Assembly: GCA_964516885.1 (NCBI GenBank)
Contig: CAZEXX010000001.1
Location: 1 to 51,437 of the forward strand
Source: an uncultured Anaerolineales bacterium
GTDB lineage: Bacteria; Chloroflexota; Anaerolineae; B4-G1; SLSP01
Length of the DNA stretch: 51,437 nt
Reading direction: 5' to 3'
Shown: piece by piece, positions 27,469-35,845 of the stretch
How the letters are laid out: each line of letters begins with the position of its first letter
How positions within the stretch are numbered: position 1 is the stretch's first letter
The notes under the pieces: generated by a model
What the model saw: only the letters and a program-made list of their open reading frames with translations
The model's database searches: none
Told to the model about the DNA's origin: nothing
Program-made: the position numbers and the translations under genes

Positions 27469-28869
27469 TCAGTAACGCAATCGCTGAGCAACACCGAAGA
27501 TGGACGGAGGCAGATGGATACCGGCCTGCTCAATACGGTCCATGAACTTCGGGCGAAGCCCGGTCGGGCGAAGCCGGCCAATGACCTTGTTATTCTCAAA
27601 GCCGGTCTGCTCGAATTTGAAGATATCTGCCATCGTGATCACATCGCCCTCCATACCTTGTACCTCGGTGATGGAGATCACACGCCGAGACCCATCCCGC
27701 ATGCGCGACAGCTGAACGATCATGTCGATAGCGGCCGCCACTTGCTCCCGGATGGCGCGGTGAGGCAACTCCATACCGGACATGAGCACCATCGTCTCCA
27801 GACGGGAGAGCGCATCGCGCGTGTTGTTCGCATGCAACGTCGTCATACTGCCTTCGTGCCCGGTGTTCATAGCCTGCAACATATCCAAGGCCTCACCACC
27901 ACGACACTCACCGACGACAATCCGGTCGGGGCGCATTCGCAATGAGTTGATTACCAGGTCACGAATAGCAATCTCACCCTTACCCTCAACGTTGGCGGGA
28001 CGTGACTCCAGCGTGACAACGTGTTCCTGACGAAGCTGTAGCTCCGCAGCATTCTCGATCGTGATAACGCGTTCGTCTGCCGGAATATAGCTCGAGAGGA
28101 TGTTCAGGAACGTCGTCTTGCCTGTACCAGTGCCCCCTGAGATCACCACGTTGACTGCCCCGACAACGCATGCCCTGAGGAACTCAATGGACTCCTCCGT
28201 TACCGTGCCAAAGCGAATCAGATCTTCCACAGTCAGCGGCCTCTTGAAGAACTTGCGGATCGTCAGAATCGGGCCCTGCAGAGAAATTGGAGGGATAACG
28301 GCATTCACACGTGAGCCATCCTTGAGCCGAGCATCCACAGTGGGGCTGCTCTCGTCAATGCGTCGCCCCAGGGGTGCCACAATGCGCTCAATAATGCGCA
28401 TCAAATGCTCATCTGACTCAAACGAGACATTCACGCGCAGAAGCTTGCCGCCGCGCTCGATAAAGATCTTCTTGGGCCCATTGACCATGATCTCACTGAT
28501 GGACTCATCTGCCAACAGCGGCTCCAGCGGCCCCAAGCCCAGTATCTCAGCCACAATCTGCTCGAAGAGCGCGTCCCTTTCCCGCCGCCCCAGAATGATG
28601 CTCTCCTCCTGGAGAATTGCATCGTACATCTCCTTGATCGTGCCACGCACCTCATCCATCCGAGATACATCCATCGCGGGATCCAACTCCGCGATCAGCC
28701 GGTTCTGGACTCGGTTCTTGAGATCCATATAAGCATCACGAGCCTGTGGCACTGGGCGACGTTGTACAGCGCGGTCCGAAGCAGTCGAAGGCTGGGGAGA
28801 GGACGAACTCTTCCGGCGCCCATCCGAAGCGCCTCCTGGTTTCTTTTCAATCCTGCGTAAGAGCGACAT
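27469..28869 (-). CDS. cpaF: CpaF/TadA-type secretion ATPase
   Basis: Walker A GGTGTGKTT, an Asp box and a His box (TGHEGSMTTLHAN). 466 aa. Confidence 0.9.
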   Translation of the reverse strand: MSLLRRIEKKPGGASDGRRKSSSSPQPSTASDRAVQRRPVPQARDAYMDLKNRVQNRLIAELDPAMDVSRMDEVRGTIKEMYDAILQEESIILGRRERDALFEQIVAEILGLGPLEPLLADESISEIMVNGPKKIFIERGGKLLRVNVSFESDEHLMRIIERIVAPLGRRIDESSPTVDARLKDGSRVNAVIPPISLQGPILTIRKFFKRPLTVEDLIRFGTVTEESIEFLRACVVGAVNVVISGGTGTGKTTFLNILSSYIPADERVITIENAAELQLRQEHVVTLESRPANVEGKGEIAIRDLVINSLRMRPDRIVVGECRGGEALDMLQAMNTGHEGSMTTLHANNTRDALSRLETMVLMSGMELPHRAIREQVAAAIDMIVQLSRMRDGSRRVISITEVQGMEGDVITMADIFKFEQTGFENNKVIGRLRPTGLRPKFMDRIEQAGIHLPPSIFGVAQRLRY

Positions 28870-28908
28870 GCCTCACCTCATTGAATCCTGCTAATCCGGC
28901 GCCAGAGA

Positions 28909-30198
28909 CTAAAGCAGACGGCCTAGACCGGAGCGGCGTGGTGTCTCGACCTCCGGCCGCTCTTCCTCTGTTACCACGTGAACCCGTTCGTGAATCGTAT
29001 TGGCCAACTCCAGAATGCCCTGCCCCAGCGCGGTCCGAGCACCCTTGACCATCACCGGTTCACCAAGGTTGGCAGCGCGCAGTGCCGTGCGCTCGTCCAA
29101 TGGCACGTGGGCAAGCGCCGGCATCATCGCACGCTCTATCGCTTCCGGCTGAATACCCATCCGCTTACGGTCCACGCTGTTGATGACCAGACCAACTCTG
29201 TCAAAGCCATAATCAAGCTTTCGCAACAGGTCTATATACATCCGGGCACCACGAATTTCAGGGATCACCGGGCGCGTCACGACCAGCAGCAGGTCCGTCA
29301 TGTCCATCACAGCCAGCAGGATCTCGTCCACTTGATGGGCCGTATCGATGATAACGTAATCAAAGAGCGGACAAGCAAACTGAAGAATGGACCGGAGGGT
29401 TGCGTTGGCGCCACTCTCCTCCGTGCCGGACTCCCGGAATATCTCCGCCTCTTCCGGTGAACTCGGTGCTACCAGCACCCTTACACCCGAGCTATGTGTC
29501 ACCAGGATCGTCTCAAGCAGATCTGGATCCAGGTCACCGACGTGCGGAACCAAATCCGCCAGCGTACGTGATGGCTGCAGCTTCATGAAAATCGACACAT
29601 CACCGAACTGCAGGTTAGCATCTACCAAGCAGATCCGGGCCTCGGGTCCCAAGATCGACTGCAAAGCGACCGCCACGTTCACTGCCAGAGTCGTGCATCC
29701 TGTTCCGCCTTTGGGACTGTAGAACGTGATGACTTTGGCGTCCATCACCCCAGAGGCGGCAGCCTGTGCCTGCTGCTCGTCCTGCTGGGACAATGGACGC
29801 AACATCCCAGTGCCCATCTTCTGTTTCAGCCTGAAGGCACGATGAATTGCGTCCATTAACTCATCGGCACCAGGCGGTTTCGTCAAGTAATCACGTGCCC
29901 CGGCCATCATGGCGCGACGAAGGTAATCCGTCTCGCCCTGAACCGAAAGCATAATCACCTGAACCGATGGGACAATCTCGATAATCTTCCCGGTGGCAGC
30001 GATGCCGTCCATTCCAGGAAGGTTGATGTCCATCAAGATGATGTCCGGGTAGGCTTCCGCAACAATACCAATAGCTTCCTCACCCGAGGCCGCCATTGCC
30101 ACCACGTCGATATCAGGATCGAACGAGAGCAGTTTTCGCAACTGCTCTCGTGTCTCAGCGATATCGTCTACGATCAATACCTTTATTCGATCCGGCAT
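28909..30198 (-). CDS. cpaE: response-regulator receiver domain fused to a CpaE/TadZ-like ParA/MinD ATPase
   Basis: The N-terminal REC domain has D11, D12, D57 (DIILMDINLPGMDG), S85 and K107 (YLTKP). The deviant Walker A is SPKGGTGCTT. Confidence 0.85.
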   Translation of the reverse strand: MPDRIKVLIVDDIAETREQLRKLLSFDPDIDVVAMAASGEEAIGIVAEAYPDIILMDINLPGMDGIAATGKIIEIVPSVQVIMLSVQGETDYLRRAMMAGARDYLTKPPGADELMDAIHRAFRLKQKMGTGMLRPLSQQDEQQAQAAASGVMDAKVITFYSPKGGTGCTTLAVNVAVALQSILGPEARICLVDANLQFGDVSIFMKLQPSRTLADLVPHVGDLDPDLLETILVTHSSGVRVLVAPSSPEEAEIFRESGTEESGANATLRSILQFACPLFDYVIIDTAHQVDEILLAVMDMTDLLLVVTRPVIPEIRGARMYIDLLRKLDYGFDRVGLVINSVDRKRMGIQPEAIERAMMPALAHVPLDERTALRAANLGEPVMVKGARTALGQGILELANTIHERVHVVTEEERPEVETPRRSGLGRLL

Positions 30199-30221
30199 AC
30201 CTGGCTCTATTCTCCTTGCCC

Positions 30222-31349
30222 TTACTCCTGCGGTACCTCAGTCGGTTCAGGGAGCACCTCTAGAGGAGGATGAACCTGTACGGGGGCCACAGCGTCGGCG
30301 GGCATCGAGTCGGGTAGCTGATACTTGTCCAGAATGTAACGGAACCAGATCGGTTGAGTCTGCATCAGCGTGCCCTTCACGCCGGCCGGTCTCAGCACCA
30401 GATCCAGATCTGCTCCCATTTCGTGGAGGTACTTGAGCACCAAAGCATCCTCACGCGTCACCAACAACGTCACGAGTTCAATCTCCCGGACCTCATCGGC
30501 TATGGGCACAGGCGTTGGCGCAGCCGCAGCCCCGCCCGCCAAGGGTGCCAAGCCACCCTCGCCCCCAACACCAGATTCCAGGCCTGACGGATCGCCGGCC
30601 TCAGCGTCCTGATCCCATAACCCAACATGCCAGACCACCGCGTCCTGAACTGTCATCTGAACGAGCAACGCAGGATTCACGGCGGGTTGGGAATCCACCG
30701 GGTAGATGGCTGCCCATTGACCATTAGGTAGAAGTTCAAAGTCACCGTACTGACTAGACTGAGCAGCCTCGCCCTCCGCTCCACTGAGAAGGTAAGTGAA
30801 CTGCTTCACTCCACCGTCCAGGAAGTCCGTGTACACAGGCTCGATATGCAAAGCGGCAAGCACATCAACACGATCTCCTGGCTGCACAGCCCACCCGATA
30901 GCCCCCTGAGTGTCAAAGGGGATGGCATAGGCAACTCTGTCCTCTGGCTCAAACAGAGCTGCTGCAGAGCCATTGACCGCAAGCATGCCCCCTGGGCGCC
31001 CGACCATATCGGGCATAACCGGCATACCACGGGGAATTTCCATCCGGGCGAACTTGCCGTCGACCTCTTCCAGGGAGGCATAGTACTCGTAAGGCAAATT
31101 GGCGTTCGGCCACTCCTGCAGCGAGATCGCGTTATCAGAAACACTGATCGGCATGCCGCGAGGAATGTTCTGTATGGCCACGACAATCTCAGTCGTAGCC
31201 ACCTGCTGAAGTTCCGGAGTCGCCTCCAGATCAGAGTCCGGCCCACTTCCGGGGGCCATCATATTGAGGTAGAAGTAGACCGCGCCGGCCGCGACAGCCA
31301 GGACGATCAATACCAACGCAATAATGACCAGACTTCTGTTACCGCGCAT
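30222..31349 (-). CDS. cpaB: CpaB/RcpC-like Flp pilus assembly protein
   Basis: N-terminal TM, a SAF-like segment IVVAIQNIPRGMPIS, and an Ala/Gly/Pro-rich linker. GTAAGGAGG RBS. First gene of the block. Confidence 0.75.
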   Translation of the reverse strand: MRGNRSLVIIALVLIVLAVAAGAVYFYLNMMAPGSGPDSDLEATPELQQVATTEIVVAIQNIPRGMPISVSDNAISLQEWPNANLPYEYYASLEEVDGKFARMEIPRGMPVMPDMVGRPGGMLAVNGSAAALFEPEDRVAYAIPFDTQGAIGWAVQPGDRVDVLAALHIEPVYTDFLDGGVKQFTYLLSGAEGEAAQSSQYGDFELLPNGQWAAIYPVDSQPAVNPALLVQMTVQDAVVWHVGLWDQDAEAGDPSGLESGVGGEGGLAPLAGGAAAAPTPVPIADEVREIELVTLLVTREDALVLKYLHEMGADLDLVLRPAGVKGTLMQTQPIWFRYILDKYQLPDSMPADAVAPVQVHPPLEVLPEPTEVPQE

Positions 31350-31451
31350 AGGAGCCTCCTTACTGAACCAGGACGTGATCGCTGATAATTATGGCCAGAG
31401 TCCTTCAAGAAGCCGAACTCAGAGCTAATGGTATGTGCACGCTCTAGTTCC

Positions 31452-31457
31452 ATTATA
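31452..31457 (-). promoter_or_regulatory. consensus -10 box upstream of cpaB
   Basis: The minus strand reads TATAAT in an AT-rich context (TTGTTAAAAATAGGTTATAATGG). No good -35 at 17 nt. Confidence 0.3.
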
Positions 31458-31645
31458 ACCTATTTTTAACAAAACAGCGACTGGAGTATGCAGATATAAG
31501 AATCAACGGGGGGAAGTAGTCCATGACACGGATATCAGGTTAGCATTGTGGCAGAGCATGCCATTCCCCCCCTTGCTATCATGCATCATTCTATCACAGC
31601 TGAAATTCCAGCACAACTAAGGATCAATATCGCTTACGTTACAGA

Positions 31646-31673
31646 TTGACGGGTAGACATGTCTCAGTAGAAT
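31646..31673 (+). promoter_or_regulatory. sigma70-like promoter placing the TSS at the sfsA start codon (leaderless)
   Basis: TTGACG (31646-31651), a 16-nt spacer, then TAGAAT (31668-31673). Only 6 nt separate it from ATG 31680, and no SD is present. Confidence 0.5.
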
Positions 31674-31679
31674 TGGCTC

Positions 31680-32453
31680 ATGAACACCACGTTAGGTTTT
31701 AGCCTGAATGAAGTCGGAGTAGATCTGGGCACGCTCGTAGAGGGAACCTTCCTCACGAGAACGAACCGATTCCGTGTCGAGGTCCGCGTCGGCCACCAAG
31801 TGACTTCCGCGCATCTGGCAAACCCAGGACGGCTGGAGGAATTGCTGATTCCCAACCGTACCGTGTGGCTGAAGCGCGCCGACCGGCCACATCGAAAAAC
31901 CGACTACGATCTAGCCCTGATCGAGTATGGCGAGATACTGGTCTCCCTGAATTCGCATCTCCCAAATGCGCTGCTGGCCCAAGCCCTGCGTGGCGGACAC
32001 CTACCGTGGGTTGACAGAGACGCAGTAGTCCGGACCGAAGCACGTCTCGGCGCGAGCCGTCTTGATTTTCTACTACTCGGCCAGGACAACCGGCAATGGT
32101 GGATAGAGGCCAAATCCGTTACCTTGGTCGAAGGACATCTGGCAAAGTTCCCGGATGCCCCCACCCGCCGAGGACGTCGGCACATTCACGAACTCATCTC
32201 CGCAGTCCACCAGGGAGACCAAGCCTCGGTCATCTTCGTCGTGCAGCGCAGCGACGCCGAACGTTTCACCCCCAACGACAGAACCGATCCGGACTTCGCC
32301 GACGCACTGCGCGCTGCCGCAGAGGTGGGCGTGCAGATACGCGCGATACGCTGCAAGGTTACCCCCAATCATATCAGCTTGGACCGGGCGATTCCTGTGT
32401 CTCTTGACCGTCCAACACGCCACAGCTATAATCACAGCCGAAGCCTCAGCTAG
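31680..32453 (+). CDS. sfsA: sugar fermentation stimulation protein A homologue (nuclease-fold DNA-binding protein)
   Basis: FLTRTNRFRVEV, HLANPGRLEELL, SRLDFLL, EAKSVTL, FPDAPTRRGRRH. Confidence 0.85.
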   Translation: MNTTLGFSLNEVGVDLGTLVEGTFLTRTNRFRVEVRVGHQVTSAHLANPGRLEELLIPNRTVWLKRADRPHRKTDYDLALIEYGEILVSLNSHLPNALLAQALRGGHLPWVDRDAVVRTEARLGASRLDFLLLGQDNRQWWIEAKSVTLVEGHLAKFPDAPTRRGRRHIHELISAVHQGDQASVIFVVQRSDAERFTPNDRTDPDFADALRAAAEVGVQIRAIRCKVTPNHISLDRAIPVSLDRPTRHSYNHSRSLS

Positions 32454-32483
32454 AGGAGACACCACCGGAGGAGAAGCAACCGG

Positions 32484-33383
32484 ATGAAAGGCATCTTCGA
32501 AAGCCTGCGCAGAACCCGCACCAGCGTCTTTGGTCAGATCGTCAGTCTACTTGGAGCTGGTGATATTGACGAAGAGACCTGGGAAGACATGGAAGCTCTT
32601 CTGATTCAAGGGGACGTCGGCGTCGAGACTGCACTTGCACTTGTGGAGCGACTACAGCAGAGAGTTGACAAAGAGGGCATCTACCGAACCCAGGGTCTGG
32701 AGCGGATTCTGCGCGAGGAAATACTCGCCTTGCTCCCCGAAGCCGAGCCACTGAACCTGGATTGGCCGCTGGTCGTCGTGCTGATCGTAGGCGTCAATGG
32801 ATCGGGCAAGACAACGAGCATCGGGAAGCTCGCCTATCAGTTCAAGGCACAGGGCAAGAAAGTGGTTCTGGCTGCCGCGGACACATTCCGTGCGGCGGCA
32901 ATGGACCAACTCAAGATATGGGGGCAGCGCGCTGGCGTTCCGGTCATTGCCGGTCCACAGCAAGGGGACCCCAGTGCGGTAACCTTTGACGCCATGGAGT
33001 ACGCGCAGGCTCACAAGGCAGATGTCCTGATCGTTGACACAGCAGGACGCCTGCACACCCAGCACAACCTGATGGCAGAGCTGGAGAAGATCCAACGGGT
33101 CATCTCCAAACGCATCGCCTGGGCTCCGCACGAGACGCTGCTCGTGCTAGACGCCGCCACCGGTCAGAATGGGCTGATTCAGGCCCAGCAATTCCTTGCA
33201 GTTGTTAAGGTCAGTGGCATCGTCCTGGCCAAACTGGACGGCAGTTCCAAAGGGGGCATGGTATTGTCCATCGGCCACCAGTTACATCTCCCGGTTCGCT
33301 TTGTAGGAACAGGGGAGAGAATCGAAGACCTGGCCCTATTTGACCGTCAGGCGTTTGTGAACGGTCTGTTGGGCAGTGGCTGA
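32484..33383 (+). CDS. ftsY: signal recognition particle receptor (NG-domain-only form)
   Basis: [40 protein letters not shown]. Confidence 0.95.
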   Translation: MKGIFESLRRTRTSVFGQIVSLLGAGDIDEETWEDMEALLIQGDVGVETALALVERLQQRVDKEGIYRTQGLERILREEILALLPEAEPLNLDWPLVVVLIVGVNGSGKTTSIGKLAYQFKAQGKKVVLAAADTFRAAAMDQLKIWGQRAGVPVIAGPQQGDPSAVTFDAMEYAQAHKADVLIVDTAGRLHTQHNLMAELEKIQRVISKRIAWAPHETLLVLDAATGQNGLIQAQQFLAVVKVSGIVLAKLDGSSKGGMVLSIGHQLHLPVRFVGTGERIEDLALFDRQAFVNGLLGSG

Positions 33384-33429
33384 GACGCCGGCCCGAGTTG
33401 GAAAAGACACAAGCACAAAGAGGATCACT

Positions 33430-34519
33430 ATGAGCGAACTATCAAATCGTCTGGAAAAACTGGCTGAGCGGATTGAGTCGATCTGGAGCCGTCTTTGACT
33501 TATCCGCACGGATGACAGAACTTGAGGAACTGGAGAGACGGAGCGCTGATCCGGCTCTCTGGAACAATCCGAAAAACGCCCGAGAGCTGATGCAGCGACT
33601 TTCGGCGCTGCAAGAGGACATCGGGTACTGGACACACCTACGACAGCAAGTAGCCGACGCCATCGAGCTTGAGGGCCTGGGTGATGATGATCTTGGTCCA
33701 GAATTGGTAGACGAGGCCAGCCACTTGGAATCGGAGTTAGGCCAGGCGGAGTTCAGGCTGATGTTGTCGGGCCCGTACGACCGGGGCAATGCGATTCTCG
33801 CGCTCCATGCCGGCGCGGGCGGTACGGATTCTCAGGACTGGGCTAAAATGCTGATGCGGATGTTCCTTCGCTGGGCAGAGAAGCGGAACTTCAAAGCAGA
33901 GATTCTCGATTCCACGGAGGGTGAGGGCGCGGGTCTCAAGAGCGTCACAGTGAGTATGGCCGGCAGGTATGCTTACGGATATCTGAGATCAGAACGAGGG
34001 GTCCATCGACTCGTGCGTTTGTCGCCGTTTGATGCAGCACATCGCCGCCACACTTCTTTCGCCCTTGCCGAAGTCTGGCCTGATCTAGAAAGGGAAACCG
34101 AGATCACTGTCGACCCCAAAGATCTGCAAATCGACACCTACCGCGCCTCATCAGCCGGCGGGCAGCATATGCAGAAGAACGATACGGCCGTTCGTATCAC
34201 TCACATTCCAACGGGCCTCGTCGTTGCTTGCCAAAACGAGCGATCTCAAGGACAGAACCGCGAAACAGCGCTGCGAATCCTGCGTGCGCGACTCATGCAG
34301 AGGCAGGAAGAAGAACATCGCAAGCAAATCAACGATCTCAAAGGAGAGCATGTGGACGCGGGGTGGGGAAACCAGATCCGCTCCTACGTTTTGCATCCCT
34401 ATCAGATGGTGAAGGACCACCGCACAGGCCATGAGACCGGCAATGTGCAAGCGGTACTAGATGGCGAACTAGACCCTTTCATGGAAGCATACCTGCGCGC
34501 TACGCTAAGCGCAGACTGA
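33430..34519 (+). CDS. prfB: peptide chain release factor 2, requires a programmed +1 frameshift at 33496
   Basis: Frame 0 reads ATG 33430 ... MSELSNRLEKLAERIESIWSRL then TGA (33496-98). The +1 frame continues from 33497 as DLSARMTELEELE... and carries SPF (LVRLSPFD) and GGQ (SSAGGQHMQ). Effectively join(33430..33495,33497..34519). Confidence 0.9.
33485..33499 (+). promoter_or_regulatory. prfB autoregulatory +1 frameshift site
   Basis: GGAG-CCGT-CTT-TGA-C: an internal SD-like GGAG 4 nt upstream of the canonical CUU UGA C slippery/stop context. Confidence 0.85.
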
Positions 34520-34544
34520 TTGCCAATCCAAACGGAGGTAACCG

Positions 34545-35795
34545 ATGGCCAGCAAGCGCAGTAAGTCGTCCACCAGATCAAGTGGCAGCAAATCATCCCG
34601 GTCGAAGTCGTCCTCGTCCTCGACATCCCGATCCAACCGGACGCTCTCGTCAAGCGTATCCGGGTCAAAATCTAGTTCAGGAAGCAGCCGGGATATCAGC
34701 AGGAGCAGCTCGACAACACCTCGCCACACAGGGTCGACCGCCACGGATGCGCAGGCTCAGCGACTCTCTGCCGTGCAGATGAGCTGGCAACGCGTAGCCG
34801 GCACGCTAGCCCTTGCATCCTTGTTCGATGTCCTCGACGACGTCACAGGCGATTTGGACAGCTTGTCGCAGAAACTGGCTGACGTGCGGGCACGGGGTTA
34901 CCGATTCGGGCGGGATTGGGAAACGCAGGTAGGATCGCTAAACGATCGATGGCCACAGCAACGAAGTCAGGCAACCCGCTTGCTGCAGAACGAACAACGA
35001 ACGCTTCAGCGCGGCGCGAGCGACATCGACATGCTTCTGCAGAGGGCAGCTAGAAATGCGGGTCTGATCTCTACAGCCGAAAGCCGTATCCGAGCACTGG
35101 AAAGCAATGCCAGAAGCGCTGAGACCCGCGTTCGGCAGACCTTCGACGCAACCACGCAGCAAGCAGACGCCTTGCAGCAAGAGATCAGCGCAGCCCGATT
35201 CGTCATGGATGCACTCGACGCATCGAGCTTCGATCTATTCCCGGATGAGCACGCCATCGCGGCATGCCGGTCCATCTGGGTCAGCGATCATCAAGAGCCG
35301 GAGGGTTTCTTGTTCCTGACGGATGCTCGCCTGATCTTCGAGCAGCGGCAGGAAATCGCCACGAAGAAGGTCCTGTTTATCACGACCAAAAAGGAATTGA
35401 TCCAGGAGAAGTTATGGGAATCCCCGATCGGCGCGGTGGAAGAACTCGAAGCCGAGGACCAGAAATCTTTCCTGAAGCGCAAGGAAATGCTCACGATCCG
35501 CTTCAGTGAACGCACCCGCGAGATTCCCGGCGACATTACACTGCAACTCCAGGGTGCGGACAACGATACCTGGCGAAGCCTGATTCGCCGGGCGAAGAGC
35601 GGTCAGATCGACGGCGATCGATTCGGCGCGCCGGCACCTGATGAACAACTGGCGGCACAACTCGAACAAGAAACTGCCGAACCCGAGGAGGAACTGCCGA
35701 CCGTCTGCCCCAGCTGCAACGCACCACTACCGCCCATCTTCAAGGGAATGCCGCAAGTCACTTGCGAGTACTGTGGCGCTACCATCAACATCTAG
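34545..35795 (+). CDS. hypothetical protein: Ser/Arg/Lys-rich N-terminus, coiled coil, PH/GRAM-like domain, C-terminal zinc ribbon
   Basis: Strong RBS ACGGAGGT. 416 aa. By my count 31 of the first 60 residues are Ser. FLFLTDARLIFEQ...MLTIRF...ITLQL...DTWRSLIRRA looks PH-like. The zinc ribbon is CPSC...CEYC. Confidence 0.75.
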   Translation: MASKRSKSSTRSSGSKSSRSKSSSSSTSRSNRTLSSSVSGSKSSSGSSRDISRSSSTTPRHTGSTATDAQAQRLSAVQMSWQRVAGTLALASLFDVLDDVTGDLDSLSQKLADVRARGYRFGRDWETQVGSLNDRWPQQRSQATRLLQNEQRTLQRGASDIDMLLQRAARNAGLISTAESRIRALESNARSAETRVRQTFDATTQQADALQQEISAARFVMDALDASSFDLFPDEHAIAACRSIWVSDHQEPEGFLFLTDARLIFEQRQEIATKKVLFITTKKELIQEKLWESPIGAVEELEAEDQKSFLKRKEMLTIRFSERTREIPGDITLQLQGADNDTWRSLIRRAKSGQIDGDRFGAPAPDEQLAAQLEQETAEPEEELPTVCPSCNAPLPPIFKGMPQVTCEYCGATINI

Positions 35796-35845
35796 CACAC
35801 CGTCAAGTCGGAGCAGCCGTTGAGGCAACGCAAGCGCAAGCAGCC

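Noticed and set aside
31350-31679. Search for a hidden Flp pilin gene next to cpaB.
   Set aside because: All small ORFs on both strands (8-28 aa) lack an SD, a hydrophobic helix and the G/xxxxEY processing motif.
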